NCBI GenBank assembly: GCA_020637435.1
Contig: JACJVW010000001.1
Coordinates: 150,237-214,236 of the forward strand
Source of the DNA: Candidatus Woesearchaeota archaeon
GTDB taxonomy: Archaea > Nanobdellota > Nanobdellia > Woesearchaeales > JACJVW01
Direction of reading: 5' to 3'
Length of the DNA: 64,000 nucleotides
Each line of letters begins with the position of its first letter. Positions within the stretch are counted from its first letter, which is position 1. Of this stretch, positions 1 through 10,636 are shown in pieces. A program made the translations under genes and the position numbers. The notes beneath the pieces were generated by a model that saw nothing but the letters and a program-made list of their open reading frames with translations, was not told the DNA's origin and did not search any database.

Positions 1-255
1 CCATTCCCTGTATCTATTGATAAGCACATGTGCTACCTTGATGATATCATCGACCGTCCGCACGCTCTGGATGACGTAGAGATCCCAGCTCGTACTCAGA
101 GATATCTGGTGCTTCGTCAGTTCAAGATTCTTGGTTCGAAACGAGGCAAAATTTGCGGCATCCTTACGAGCCTCTAACTCCAGACGAAGATCATCTATCA
201 TACCCTCATACATCTGAGGTCTCTGTACATCATCCATATCAAGGATTGAACTCAT
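1..255 (-). CDS. Nop5/Nop56-58-like C/D box sRNP protein, N-terminal part (partial; continues beyond window start)
   Basis: The minus-strand ORF starts at ATG 255 and is still open at position 1. Its translation ends ...DLYVIQSVRTVDDIIKVAHVLINRYREW, which matches the NOSIC-type motif (Q.vr..DDi.k..N.l..R.REWY) of Nop5. It is absent from the ORF track because it is incomplete. Confidence 0.5.
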   Translation of the reverse strand, partial: MSSILDMDDVQRPQMYEGMIDDLRLELEARKDAANFASFRTKNLELTKHQISLSTSWDLYVIQSVRTVDDIIKVAHVLINRYREW

Positions 256-413
256 GACCAACAAAATCCTTTGACCCTTTATATACCTTATCTTACTGCA
301 AACACTCAGAAGCAGCATCGTCTTTCCCACACAATAGAACCTCAATTTTGGGGCGTTTAAGGCAACGAAAACCTTTAAATATCGTGCTCCTTTACCCCCG
401 AAGAGGTGATACA

Positions 414-827
414 ATGACTATCGTAGGATTCAATTTCACGAAAATTGTGACGGAGAAGAAAGCTCCGATCAAAGGAAAACTGAATATCACAAACAATGTC
501 TCTATAAAAGATGTCCAGGCAGGAGAGCTAAATCTGGGCAACTCAGGACAGAAAGGACTCAAATTCACCTTCGAATTTACTTCGAAGTACGAACCTGGTT
601 TCGGCGAGATAACCCTCAATGGAGAAGTTATGACCATAGAATCAGAAGAGAGCCAGAAAAAGACTCTCGAAAGTTGGAAGAAAGACAAGAAGATAGGTTC
701 AGAGACGATGACCAGCATCTTAAACCATATCCTTACAAAGGCAAACATCCAGGCTCTCGTCCTATCTACAGAAGTCGGACTGCCTCCTCCCATACAGCTT
801 CCAAAAGTGCAGAGTAAAGCACAATAA
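414..827 (+). CDS. hypothetical protein
   Basis: This is the track ORF 348..827. An in-frame ATG at 414 is preceded by GAGGTGAT (403-410) and TTTAAATA (374-381). No family was recognised. Confidence 0.5.
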   Translation: MTIVGFNFTKIVTEKKAPIKGKLNITNNVSIKDVQAGELNLGNSGQKGLKFTFEFTSKYEPGFGEITLNGEVMTIESEESQKKTLESWKKDKKIGSETMTSILNHILTKANIQALVLSTEVGLPPPIQLPKVQSKAQ

Positions 828-855
828 TTTTTTGTCTTCTTGATTCGTGAACACC

Positions 856-3837
856 ATGGGTAATGAGATAAAATTGAAGGTCGCGGAAGCGATCCAGGAC
901 GACGTCAACAAAGGCATAGTACGGACAGACTCCACGCTGATGCGCGAAATAGGAGTCAAACCTGGCGATGTTGTAGAGATAACCGGCGAAAAGACGACCG
1001 TCGCGACCATCGACCGTGCGTACCCTGGCGATATTGGTCTCAATATCCTTCGTATGGATGGTCTGCTGCGCAGGAACGCAAAGACCGGAATCGGCGAGAC
1101 TGTGACTATTCGAGCTGCAGATGTCGAACAGGCAAAACAAGTCACTATCGCTCCTGCTCGAAAAGACATCATGGTCAAAGCGGACCCTATATTCTTCAAA
1201 CGTGGTCTGCTTGGACGTGCCGTGCTCAAAGGTGACATAATCTCTTTGGGCAATCGCTCTCAACGAAGAAGACGGATGCCAAGCGGTTCTCCGTTCTTCG
1301 ATGATATAGTCGAACTCCTTGACGAGGGACTCATGGGCGGAATAGGATTCTCAGACCTTAAATTCCTCGTTATTGAAACACAACCAGACAAAGCAGTAAT
1401 CATCGGCGAAGACACCGAGATCATATACAATCCTGAAGCAGAAGTCTCTGAACAGGAGACAGCCCCAGAAGTAACCTATGAAGACATAGGAGGTCTCCAC
1501 GAGGAGATCCGAAAAATCAGGGAAATGATCGAACTGCCCATCAAGCATCCCGAAGTCTTCGACAGACTTGGTATTGAGCCACCAAAAGGAGTTCTCCTCC
1601 ACGGACCCCCGGGAACGGGAAAGACTCTACTCGCAAAAGCGGTCGCCAATGAGACAAAATCACATTTCTTAGTCATCAATGGACCTGAGATCATGTCCAA
1701 ATTCTACGGACAGTCAGAAGAGAACCTCAGGAAGAAATTCGAGGAGGCTGAAAAGAACGCTCCATCAATAGTGTTTATCGACGAGATTGACGCTATAGCT
1801 TCAAAGCGTGAGGAAACCCACGGTGACGTTGAAAAAAGAGTCGTCGCACAGCTCCTCGCAGTCATGGACGGTCTTAAGAGCCGCGGCAAAGTAGTCGTCA
1901 TAGCAGCTACCAATATCCCTAACGCGATAGACCCTGCGCTAAGACGACCTGGAAGATTTGACCGTGAGATAGAGATAGGTGTTCCAAAAGAAAACGAGCG
2001 CCTCCAGATACTCAATGTGCATACTCGCAATATGCCTCTGGCACCTCCATTCGACAAGAACAGCGCGGAAGAGAGCATCGCAGACTTTAGGCATAAACTA
2101 GAGCTTGACAGAGACCATGCGGATAAAGAGATAAAAAGCATTACCAAAGAGATAGAACGCCTAAGAAAAGACAAGAATAACGACAGTAAGATACCAGGAC
2201 TTTCTACAAGGCTTTCTCATAAAGAGAAAGACAAGCTCAGGCTTGTAAGCAAGCTTGATGAGCTCAAGAACGCAGAAGCAAAGATACGCAAAGCCATTGA
2301 AAGCATCGATCCTGAGCGAAGACTTTTCGGACTCACCTATGTCGATCTCAAACAGATAACCGAAAAGACATTGGTGCATATCAAATCTGAGATAGCCAAA
2401 CGCATCGAAAAATCAGACTTGCCCCATATTGAAGAATTTGAGAAGATCTCCAGCATAAGGGAACTCAAAGAGATTATTGACAAGCTTGACTCTGAAGAGC
2501 CAAGAAAACAGATCATCGAAAGTGTATTGACTGAAACAGACATCGATATCGACAGTTTCAGATTTTCGGTGCAGGGACTTATCAAGATCCTTCCCGCTCT
2601 AGAGGAGCCAGGACTCAAAGAATACCTGATGAGTGTAACTGAAGAGCTAAGGAACCTTAGCCCCGCGAAAGCTACAAAAGAGCTTAACGAGGTCCTCTCC
2701 GCATCATGGGTAAGCGAAGAGCTTAAAGAAAAGATTAAAGACAATCTCGTAAAAGATATGCTCGCTGAAGTTGCCAAAGTCACGCACGGTTTTGTGGGTG
2801 CTGACCTTGCGAGCCTTGCCAAAGAATCCGCGATGATCGTATTGCGAAGGATCACTGCAGACCTTGATGACCGCAAAGGCGACATCACTAAATACCTTGA
2901 CAAGCTATTCATCTCTCTACATGATTTTAAAGAAGCTCTCAAATTTGTACGACCTTCAGCAATGCGCGAGGTACTCATCGAGATTCCTGACACCACTTGG
3001 GAACAGGTTGGCGGCTTGGACAAAGTCAAACAGGAATTGCTCGAAGCGGTAGACTGGCCATTAAAATACCCCCATACTTTCGAAAGGATGGGCATCCACC
3101 CGCCAAAAGGTGTCCTGCTCTACGGACCTCCTGGAACTGGTAAGACATTGCTTGCAAAAGCCATTGCCAAAGAGGCGCAATCAAACTTCATACTTGTCAA
3201 AGGCCCGGAGCTGCTCTCCAAATGGGTAGGTGAGAGCGAGAAAGCGGTGCGAAAAATCTTCGAAAAAGCACGTCAGACATCACCATCAATCATATTCTTT
3301 GATGAGATAGACTCCATAGCACCCAACAGAGGGTCTTCAGGAGATGCGAACGTTACCGAGCGTGTCGTCAATCAGCTTCTGACGGAGATGGACGGACTTA
3401 TCGAACTGCAAGATGTAGTCATCTTAGCGGCCACGAACAGACCAGACATCATGGACACCGCCCTGCTTCGACCAGGCAGGTTCGACCGTATCATCCTTGT
3501 GCCGGCTCCCGATCAGGAGACCCGGGAAAAAATCTTCAAAGTACACACTAAAAATATCCCCATGGCTGATGATGTGGTCATCAAAGATCTCGCTAAAAAG
3601 ACAGAAGGCTACGCAGGCGCCGATATCGAAGCGCTCTGCAGAGAAGCAGCGATTTTCGCACTGCGTGAAGACCTCGATTGCACGGAAGTTAAGGTAAGTC
3701 ATTTCGAAAAAGCGATAAAGAAAGTCAGGCCCTCCATCACCAAAGAGATAGAAGAAAGCTATGAGAGCATGCAGAATTTCTTCAGCAGCGCTCAGGGAAG
3801 GAAACTTGCAAATGAGAAACCAGCGTACTTTGGATGA
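856..3837 (+). CDS. cdc48: CDC48/VCP-type AAA+ ATPase with a large insertion in D1
   Basis: The N-terminus is a CDC48 N-domain ([24 protein letters not shown]). There are two AAA modules, each with [13 protein letters not shown] Walker A and a Walker B ([10 protein letters not shown] / [10 protein letters not shown]). The start is ATG 856, or alternatively GTG 847. Confidence 0.95.
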   Translation: MGNEIKLKVAEAIQDDVNKGIVRTDSTLMREIGVKPGDVVEITGEKTTVATIDRAYPGDIGLNILRMDGLLRRNAKTGIGETVTIRAADVEQAKQVTIAPARKDIMVKADPIFFKRGLLGRAVLKGDIISLGNRSQRRRRMPSGSPFFDDIVELLDEGLMGGIGFSDLKFLVIETQPDKAVIIGEDTEIIYNPEAEVSEQETAPEVTYEDIGGLHEEIRKIREMIELPIKHPEVFDRLGIEPPKGVLLHGPPGTGKTLLAKAVANETKSHFLVINGPEIMSKFYGQSEENLRKKFEEAEKNAPSIVFIDEIDAIASKREETHGDVEKRVVAQLLAVMDGLKSRGKVVVIAATNIPNAIDPALRRPGRFDREIEIGVPKENERLQILNVHTRNMPLAPPFDKNSAEESIADFRHKLELDRDHADKEIKSITKEIERLRKDKNNDSKIPGLSTRLSHKEKDKLRLVSKLDELKNAEAKIRKAIESIDPERRLFGLTYVDLKQITEKTLVHIKSEIAKRIEKSDLPHIEEFEKISSIRELKEIIDKLDSEEPRKQIIESVLTETDIDIDSFRFSVQGLIKILPALEEPGLKEYLMSVTEELRNLSPAKATKELNEVLSASWVSEELKEKIKDNLVKDMLAEVAKVTHGFVGADLASLAKESAMIVLRRITADLDDRKGDITKYLDKLFISLHDFKEALKFVRPSAMREVLIEIPDTTWEQVGGLDKVKQELLEAVDWPLKYPHTFERMGIHPPKGVLLYGPPGTGKTLLAKAIAKEAQSNFILVKGPELLSKWVGESEKAVRKIFEKARQTSPSIIFFDEIDSIAPNRGSSGDANVTERVVNQLLTEMDGLIELQDVVILAATNRPDIMDTALLRPGRFDRIILVPAPDQETREKIFKVHTKNIPMADDVVIKDLAKKTEGYAGADIEALCREAAIFALREDLDCTEVKVSHFEKAIKKVRPSITKEIEESYESMQNFFSSAQGRKLANEKPAYFG

Positions 3838-4360
3838 TTTAGGAGCGTCACTTGGCTACTTTCTTCGTGTTGACGCAGGAAAAGAGCGCTTCAATTCAAG
3901 GCATTGCCTTAATGCGATAGTTGCTGATGCACTGCACCAGGGAAGACTTGACTTTGACGGAGAATTCCATATACGCATTGCACACCTAAGGTCATATGAA
4001 ACAAGAGCGCTCAACGCCCTTGTCGATGCTGACACGATCGAACTTGGTGCGGCGCTGGAATCCATCCACTACCAAGAGGGTCCTGAAGCATTGGCTCATG
4101 CCGGCCTTTTGATCAATCAGACACCTGCTGCTTTGCAGAACCTTGGCATATTCCTCAATAACTACTCCCGTTCTCCAACGTACGAAAAAGCATTGGCAAG
4201 AGTAAGCGATCCGACAAACTTTCCTGATATCTTCGCAACACCCGATAAGCAAAATCAGCTGCAGAACTATGAAGCGGCTTTTGACTACCTCAAAAAAGTC
4301 CCCATCCACGAATCCGTGCTTGACGGCATAAAGTACTCATTCTCAGAGCAAAACATATAA
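3812..4360 (+). CDS. hypothetical protein
   Basis: This is the track ORF 3761..4360. I trimmed it to ATG 3812 to limit the overlap with cdc48. No motif was recognised. Confidence 0.4.
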   Translation: MRNQRTLDDLGASLGYFLRVDAGKERFNSRHCLNAIVADALHQGRLDFDGEFHIRIAHLRSYETRALNALVDADTIELGAALESIHYQEGPEALAHAGLLINQTPAALQNLGIFLNNYSRSPTYEKALARVSDPTNFPDIFATPDKQNQLQNYEAAFDYLKKVPIHESVLDGIKYSFSEQNI

Positions 4361-4376
4361 ACAAATCTGACCAGAA

Positions 4377-5447
4377 ATGCAGTATATGCGATACCTGCTC
4401 ATACTACTTTTCCTGATTCCGTCCACGTTTGCGATAGAAATTAGCTCAGGACAAACCCTTATCTGCGACGAAGACATTGTCTGTAAAGCAGATGATGAAG
4501 CAGGAATAATCGTTGCAGATGCCACCAATGTAATTATCCAGGGTTGTACATTGATTGATTGTTTTCAGGGAATTCTCATTTCCGATTCTACTGATGTGAC
4601 AGTTAAAGACACAACTTTTATCAGATCTGGATTTGGAATATTTAGCTTAAACAGTACAAATATCAGGGCAGACAATCTCATCCTTCAAGAAACAATTCCA
4701 AATGGGACATCAATCTACTATGATGGAGAGAGTGTCACCTACAGTAATTTGACTTTAGGAACAGCTCTTGCGCCACGAGGTAAATTAAGAGATTTTTCAA
4801 ACTCCTCTGAGGGAACTCCCATCACAGAAGACCCAGTCGAAGAAGAAATGCCAGCCTCGCAGACAGAATATGTCAGTATCACTCTCACTCCTGACAGCAT
4901 CGACCGCATCCTGCGAAATGTACTTAGTTCTTCCTACCCTGACCTGACCACCGATCAGAAGCAGCTTGTGTTGAGAACAATACAGCAGCAATCTCAGGAT
5001 ATTATCGATCAAGTCACCATCACCAGAACCTTTCTCACCCTTGACAATACAACAAAAGTGACAGTCAAGGTAAATACCACAAAAGGTGGTCTGGACTACT
5101 ATGAAGACATACCAAAATGCGCAGCAGAGCATGCATCACAAATCCTTTTCTACGACAGCACACACAAGATCGTCATCGAAGACCCATTGATAGTATGGGA
5201 GATTGAAGCGCAGCGCTCAGTCAATTATGATATTCCCGGTGTTGTAGACGACCACTGCGCAAGACTATTCAAGAGCGTCCTGCTCGACCAGAATATTGAG
5301 AGCCTTAACCTCTACAACCAATCTGTAAAAGAAGAATATTTTGAAGAAGAGCACCAGAAAAGAACAGGCAATATTTCAATCTTCATCATCATTCTTGGAG
5401 TAGCGATCTTTGGATTCCTGCTCTACGTGTACAACAGAAGAAGGTAA
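4377..5447 (+). CDS. membrane-anchored surface protein with parallel beta-helix-like repeats
   Basis: The N-terminus has a hydrophobic signal (LLILLFLIPSTFA). Repeats of the type NVIIQGCTLIDCFQGILISDSTDVTVKDTTF follow. There are many N-x-S/T sequons and a C-terminal TM helix followed by RRR. Confidence 0.6.
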   Translation: MQYMRYLLILLFLIPSTFAIEISSGQTLICDEDIVCKADDEAGIIVADATNVIIQGCTLIDCFQGILISDSTDVTVKDTTFIRSGFGIFSLNSTNIRADNLILQETIPNGTSIYYDGESVTYSNLTLGTALAPRGKLRDFSNSSEGTPITEDPVEEEMPASQTEYVSITLTPDSIDRILRNVLSSSYPDLTTDQKQLVLRTIQQQSQDIIDQVTITRTFLTLDNTTKVTVKVNTTKGGLDYYEDIPKCAAEHASQILFYDSTHKIVIEDPLIVWEIEAQRSVNYDIPGVVDDHCARLFKSVLLDQNIESLNLYNQSVKEEYFEEEHQKRTGNISIFIIILGVAIFGFLLYVYNRRR

Positions 5448-5948
5448 CTACTCAGGCTTGAGGAGATTGGGTATCGCTGCGCCTATTGCGCATGGCATCG
5501 CTACCACAAAGATGAGTTTCACGAAATTCTCAAGTGTTCCTGCAAGATAGATAAAACCAAACAGATACAGCAAAAAGAACGATACCACTACAGCGATCAG
5601 ATACATCGCGATAAGTCGCTTGATGAGAAACTCGCCGAAGGGTCGCTCCTTAACATTCTTTACGTGGCGGTAGCCGACAAAATAGATCTCGGTAGTCAGA
5701 ATAAACAAAGTCATCGTAACGATCATGATGACATTTGACCAGGGAAGGCGCATACCGACCTCGATAAGCAAACCTTTGAACACGAACGTCAGACCCACGG
5801 TAAGCGCGCCGAAAAGAGCGTTCGTGATATCTTTTCTGCTAAAACGCTGCAGTCGTTTGTCGATGAGTCGTTCATTAAGAAACTCGATATCCTTCTTTAT
5901 CTCCTCAACATCGTGCTCCACGATATCAAGCTTCTTAGACTCCCTCAT
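5448..5948 (-). CDS. integral membrane protein (about 4 TM), unknown family
   Basis: Clean ORF with a charged N-terminal helix followed by hydrophobic segments. Its 3' end abuts the neighbouring gene convergently. Confidence 0.5.
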   Translation of the reverse strand: MRESKKLDIVEHDVEEIKKDIEFLNERLIDKRLQRFSRKDITNALFGALTVGLTFVFKGLLIEVGMRLPWSNVIMIVTMTLFILTTEIYFVGYRHVKNVKERPFGEFLIKRLIAMYLIAVVVSFFLLYLFGFIYLAGTLENFVKLIFVVAMPCAIGAAIPNLLKPE

Positions 5949-6006
5949 GAGACTTTTATATAGGAAGAGGGTATAAAAACCTTAGTATCCATCAATAAGT
6001 AGTACA

Positions 6007-6615
6007 CTACTTGGCGATAACCCTGTTTGAGCGGTTGGATACCTTTGAATAGTGACGCCAAACCAGATAGCCAATAACCAATACTACCGCCACTGCGATA
6101 GATACAACATCCCAGTATTCTTCTATAAGAGCTATGATGGTATGTCCGAAATACATGAGCAGGAAACCTTCGATAAAAAATCGTCCACCACGTCCGATGA
6201 TCGATGCTATGGTAAACTGCTTAAAATCGATGTAGAACACACCAGCTGAAATGGTCGCGAGCTTATATGGGATGGGTGAGAATCCTGCGATGAGCACAGC
6301 AAGCGCCCCCCATTTTTGGTACATCTTATGCACCTTGTCAATCTTATCATGTGCGAAGAACCGTTCAAGGATCGTCCTTTCACCAAGGTACCCTATATAA
6401 TAACCGAAACAACCTCCAAGCACGCTTCCCACTGTTGCGATAAGCGCGAACCACAATGATAATTCTGGCTCAGCAAGGCAAAGCAGGAACAAGAGAGGCT
6501 CAATAGGCAGGGGATTGAAGGATGCTTCAGAAAAAGCCCAGACGAACAAACCCCATCCCTTATATGGAGCGAGCTTGTCCATCATCCAATTGATAGCGTC
6601 CTGTACAACCTGCAT
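6007..6615 (-). CDS. DedA/YqaA (SNARE-associated) family membrane protein
   Basis: The sequence reads FSEASFNPLPIEPLL...GYYIGYLGER...GFSPIPYKLATISAG, which is a typical DedA/YqaA pattern. Confidence 0.6.
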   Translation of the reverse strand: MQVVQDAINWMMDKLAPYKGWGLFVWAFSEASFNPLPIEPLLFLLCLAEPELSLWFALIATVGSVLGGCFGYYIGYLGERTILERFFAHDKIDKVHKMYQKWGALAVLIAGFSPIPYKLATISAGVFYIDFKQFTIASIIGRGGRFFIEGFLLMYFGHTIIALIEEYWDVVSIAVAVVLVIGYLVWRHYSKVSNRSNRVIAK

Positions 6616-6639
6616 ACATCTTCGAAGACATCCTGAGAT

Positions 6640-7836
6640 TTATATAGCTTTGGTGCGGTATATCGACTTCATCCAGAAGAGGCTGGAGATGGCCACCCCC
6701 GTTACGATGATACAGATAGTGAATGCTAAGACTGGTGTCAGACTTAAAAGCAAGATGATGAGGGGGAGCACCACAAGCACACGTCCCAGGTGCAGATAAA
6801 GTTCTCTGTTAAGGACAACATCTCCAACATTAAGTTCAGCCCTCGCATACATCATCGTATGCAGTGGCACTAATATGAAAGGCGCCGTAAAACCACCGAT
6901 ACTTTGCATCAGTGTGATCCCCGCTGGATTCTGGAACGAAGGCCTTAGCATAACCGAAAAACTATGCAGCAATGCTCCGGAGCGAAAGACAGTCATCTTG
7001 CGCTCAGTATCTGAGAGTTTCCCGCTGATATACATCGAGATTGCGTACAGGAACGTCGTAAAAGAGTACAATGCTCCTATGATCATGAGCTGAATCTTTA
7101 CCAGGAACATAAAGAACGGCCACAGCAGACCAAGCGTCGCGCTCTGCATTCCCTCAATCACAAAGACCCGATTTGCACTGGGGTTATCTAGCGACAGGAC
7201 CCCGCTTTTTGTCAAATGGATCTCCTTGTACAGCTCCTTAGAGAAGTACAGAGGGATGCTTGCGACCGCAAGGAATCCTACCACCATGTACAGCGTGACA
7301 TCAAATGAGAATGCTGTCGCTGAGTACCCTCCTATAAAGGGAGCTGCGATACCAAGCAATACAGGCATCGCATTCAAAAGACCAAGCTGCCTGCCTTTCT
7401 TCTCCTTTTGCACACTGCTGACGAAGTCTAGATGAAACGACATCCAGTACAGGCTTTCCCCGCAGACGCCTGCTAAAGCAAGAATAAACAATGACATAGG
7501 TTGACCGAACAATGAGATGAGGAAACTTATCTTGAGCAGGATAAGATAGAAGCTCAACGTGAACAGAAAGCTGATGATTATGGATTTCTTGATCCCAAAT
7601 CGTCCACAGAAACGTATCACAACCAGATTGAAGAAGAAACCCATGATAAACAGGGCAAGCTCGAACACAAGTATGGACAATATGCTTATCCCTTGCATAT
7701 ACATATAGACCGGAAGAAACAATGAAAATAACGAGAGTGAGAAACTCCGCAGTGTATGGCTTAGTAGCAGTTCAGTATAATCATTGTGAAATAGGTAAGA
7801 CACCATATGTTCCATATTATACTTCGTCTGCACCAT
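6640..7836 (-). CDS. MFS-type transporter (about 12 TM)
   Basis: A 398-aa polytopic hydrophobic protein with two-halves MFS-like organisation. The substrate is unknown. Confidence 0.5.
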   Translation of the reverse strand: MVQTKYNMEHMVSYLFHNDYTELLLSHTLRSFSLSLFSLFLPVYMYMQGISILSILVFELALFIMGFFFNLVVIRFCGRFGIKKSIIISFLFTLSFYLILLKISFLISLFGQPMSLFILALAGVCGESLYWMSFHLDFVSSVQKEKKGRQLGLLNAMPVLLGIAAPFIGGYSATAFSFDVTLYMVVGFLAVASIPLYFSKELYKEIHLTKSGVLSLDNPSANRVFVIEGMQSATLGLLWPFFMFLVKIQLMIIGALYSFTTFLYAISMYISGKLSDTERKMTVFRSGALLHSFSVMLRPSFQNPAGITLMQSIGGFTAPFILVPLHTMMYARAELNVGDVVLNRELYLHLGRVLVVLPLIILLLSLTPVLAFTICIIVTGVAISSLFWMKSIYRTKAI

Positions 7837-7969
7837 ACACCTTGAACCGTAAAACTACTTTATTATTCTATCGCCACAAAAAGTATCTCCGTACTTTCCT
7901 TTAGAAGATTCGTGCTGAGATACTATGTATGACATAAGCTTTAAATACACAGCAAACAAGAAATGCACT

Positions 7970-8941
7970 ATGTATGATGTCATTACTATGGGCTCGGCGA
8001 CCGTCGATATATTCGCAAGAACCGATTCTGAGATGATCAAGATAATCGATGCGCAAAACGAGACCAATCACGTAGCGTTCACTACCGGAACTAAACATCT
8101 GATCCATGACCTCATCTACAGTGTAGGTGGAGGAGGAACCAATACTGCCGCAGTCTTCAGCAAACTCGGCTTAAAATGCGCCTTCCTGGGAAAAGTGGGT
8201 GATGACATCAACGGCAAGCTCATCATGGACAGGCTCAAGATGCGAAAGATCGATACAAGCCTCGTAGCAAAAGGCAAAGGTCTCTCCGGTTTCTCCATAG
8301 TGCTCGACAATATGGAGAAAGACCGTGTCATCCTCTCGCACAAAGGTATTAATGACAGTCTTACTCCAAAGGACATTAAACCATTCAAGGCAAAATGGCT
8401 ATTCTCAACATCCCTTATGGGGACATCATATGAGACCCTGCTCAGCCTCACTAGGAAACTTAAGAAACAGGGAGTAAAGATTGCAGTCAATCCAAGCCTC
8501 TACATGACCAAGCTTGGGATAGCACATCTACGACCGCTCCTTGAACGAACAGACTTGCTTATATTCAATCGTAAAGAAGCTGAAACATTAACAGGATTAA
8601 AGGAGATTGATAGCATCTTCGCGATACTCCATCAGCATGGACCATCAACCATCCTCATCACTCAAGGAAAACAAGGAGTCTACGCTTCTGATGGTAAGAA
8701 TTGCCTGCATATGAGCAGCAGGAAAGTCGAAGCGGTCGACACCACTGGAGCAGGAGACACCTTTGCCGCGACATATCTAGGTGCATTCATCAAAGGAAAA
8801 GATATGGAGACAGCACTTCGTCTTGGTCTTGAGAATTCCTGCGCCCTCATACAGGAAATTGGCGCAAAAAATGGTCTGCAGTCATGGCCAACCCTCCTTA
8901 AAAGGATAAAGTTTAAGCCTGTACCTACAAAGAATTGTTAA
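7970..8941 (+). CDS. PfkB-family carbohydrate/nucleoside kinase (ribokinase-like)
   Basis: Motifs GGGGTN and DTTGAGDTFAATYLGAF are present. The start ATG 7970 lies 26 nt downstream of TTTAAATA (7940-7947). Confidence 0.85.
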   Translation: MYDVITMGSATVDIFARTDSEMIKIIDAQNETNHVAFTTGTKHLIHDLIYSVGGGGTNTAAVFSKLGLKCAFLGKVGDDINGKLIMDRLKMRKIDTSLVAKGKGLSGFSIVLDNMEKDRVILSHKGINDSLTPKDIKPFKAKWLFSTSLMGTSYETLLSLTRKLKKQGVKIAVNPSLYMTKLGIAHLRPLLERTDLLIFNRKEAETLTGLKEIDSIFAILHQHGPSTILITQGKQGVYASDGKNCLHMSSRKVEAVDTTGAGDTFAATYLGAFIKGKDMETALRLGLENSCALIQEIGAKNGLQSWPTLLKRIKFKPVPTKNC

Positions 8942-9720
8942 CGATGCTCAAGCTCATCCCGAAGCTTCTCCGCTTGTGAGTACAATCTCTTCGCTTCCAG
9001 GATATCATTTGAGCAATGATCCTCTATCTTCTGCCGAATCTGAAGAAGTCGCTCCTTATCCCCCTGTGAAGCTTTTGCGGCGATTGTATTGATCTCATGG
9101 ATAAGGTCAGCTTCCTGGATCTCAACCTCTGTCTCTGCATCACAAAGAGCATGGAACTCCCGATGCACTAGTTTTACAAGATAAGATAAAAGATCTTTTA
9201 CCTCTTCTCTTGACTTGGGTGAATCCTCTGCGATAAGTTGTGTGATATGTCTGCGGGTCTCCGCCTCTTGTTCTTCAAGGTCGATCTCCTCGCTTGCATC
9301 ACCCATGACCCGGTAGTCTATAGCGACATCACTGTGAAGAAGATGACGGAAGAAATAGTGAACCGAATGCGCTTCATTCGGGAGCGCCTTCTCTTCTAGC
9401 GCCAGATCCTTAAGGATATCATCAAGTTCTTCCTTAAGGATAGTCGCATCCTCCAGGCGGTCAAACACATGGTATGCGAAGAACTGCTTGATGTATGAAG
9501 TAAGCATCTCAATCTTACCCTTTTCATCTTCTTCGGCATAACGCTTAATCTGCTCTATCGAACCGTTCAATAGAAGGTCCACCTTCTGCTCAAACTCATC
9601 GATACGGTCATAGCGTCCATTATGCAATGCTGCGATGACCTCTTCGATATCGTGCTGTTCTGTCTTTGCGGTGATAGCATTCGTGCCGAGCAATGATCCA
9701 AGGAGTGATACGGGTTCCAT
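8938..9720 (-). CDS. hypothetical acidic helical protein
   Basis: Clean ORF with ATG at 9720. The product is E/D-rich and predicted helical. No family was recognised. Confidence 0.45.
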   Translation of the reverse strand: MEPVSLLGSLLGTNAITAKTEQHDIEEVIAALHNGRYDRIDEFEQKVDLLLNGSIEQIKRYAEEDEKGKIEMLTSYIKQFFAYHVFDRLEDATILKEELDDILKDLALEEKALPNEAHSVHYFFRHLLHSDVAIDYRVMGDASEEIDLEEQEAETRRHITQLIAEDSPKSREEVKDLLSYLVKLVHREFHALCDAETEVEIQEADLIHEINTIAAKASQGDKERLLQIRQKIEDHCSNDILEAKRLYSQAEKLRDELEHR

Positions 9721-9860
9721 ACACCACACTCCAACTCATTGAGATTATATAGATTTCCATTGTTAAGCTGCATCACTTACATGTACGAACGTTTTCCCAA
9801 AATATAAGGATACAGCGAAGACAAGAACTCACGTATACGGACGCAGAATAAAATGACTAA

Positions 9861-10418
9861 CTACCCCAAAAGTGCGAACGAATACAACGCTCCGTAAGCG
9901 ACTAACGAAGTCAGTGTGATATTACCAAGCAGTATAGGCAGGAACACATATCGAAATGGTATCTTAGCAAATGCAAGACCAGCAGTCAGTATATCGTTCG
10001 GAACGAACGTGAAACCTGCAACAAGATAAAGTATGAAGGGGATAAAATAGTTAGGAAACTTATGAAGAAAATCGGTGAACTTAGAGACCTTCTCCTGTAT
10101 CCTTGGCGCTAGTGCGCGTCTACCCTGCCTTCCAAGATAATAGAAATACATATCACCCAAAGTCAACCCGATGCCCCCAACTATACCAAGCATTATAGGA
10201 TGCAGACCGCCTTCCGCCAAAGTGGCTACAGCGATAAAATAAGATGTTGACGATACCGCAGTGAAACCACCGGTCACTGCTATAGCAAAGAGAAGTATAT
10301 ATCCATTGTGCAAGCCTATAATATCGATAAGCTGTTGCGGACTGACAAATATGAAGATGACTATCCAGGAGACCAGTAACAAAAGTGTAAAAAGGAATGA
10401 GATACGCTTCTTAAGCAT
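9861..10418 (-). CDS. DedA/YqaA-like small membrane protein
   Basis: Hydrophobic protein containing LGDMYFYYLGRQGR and FVPNDILTAGLA segments, similar to the protein encoded at 6007-6615. Confidence 0.5.
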   Translation of the reverse strand: MLKKRISFLFTLLLLVSWIVIFIFVSPQQLIDIIGLHNGYILLFAIAVTGGFTAVSSTSYFIAVATLAEGGLHPIMLGIVGGIGLTLGDMYFYYLGRQGRRALAPRIQEKVSKFTDFLHKFPNYFIPFILYLVAGFTFVPNDILTAGLAFAKIPFRYVFLPILLGNITLTSLVAYGALYSFALLG

Positions 10419-10528
10419 CTAATGTTATGTGTTCCCTGAGTTTATAAGTATATTGACTCTAGCACACAAGACCATAAATAGATGCTCCACCTCGTAATAC
10501 ACAAGTAGTCATTAGTGGGGTGATAACG

Positions 10529-10636
10529 ATGTTATTCCAGGACAAAGAAGGAAATCTCCTCACACCGGAAGAAGTTGATGAACTTTCCATGTGGGAGATT
10601 GAAGAAAGAAAGGTTCATGCGGTACTTGAATCTTAG
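10529..10636 (+). CDS. possible small ORF (35 aa, MLFQDKEGNLLTPEEVDELSMWEIEERKVHAVLES)
   Basis: ATG 10529 is preceded by GGGGTGAT (10517-10524). The ORF sits in an otherwise empty intergenic gap and is below the ORF-track size cutoff. Confidence 0.3.
   Translation: MLFQDKEGNLLTPEEVDELSMWEIEERKVHAVLES

Noticed and set aside
392-3702. Numerous antisense or out-of-frame track ORFs inside the hypothetical gene and cdc48 (for example 392-793, 762-1253, 1704-2174, 2337-3095).
   Set aside because: They lie wholly within a strongly supported CDC48 or neighbouring reading frame and have low-complexity S/R/L-rich translations typical of shadow ORFs.
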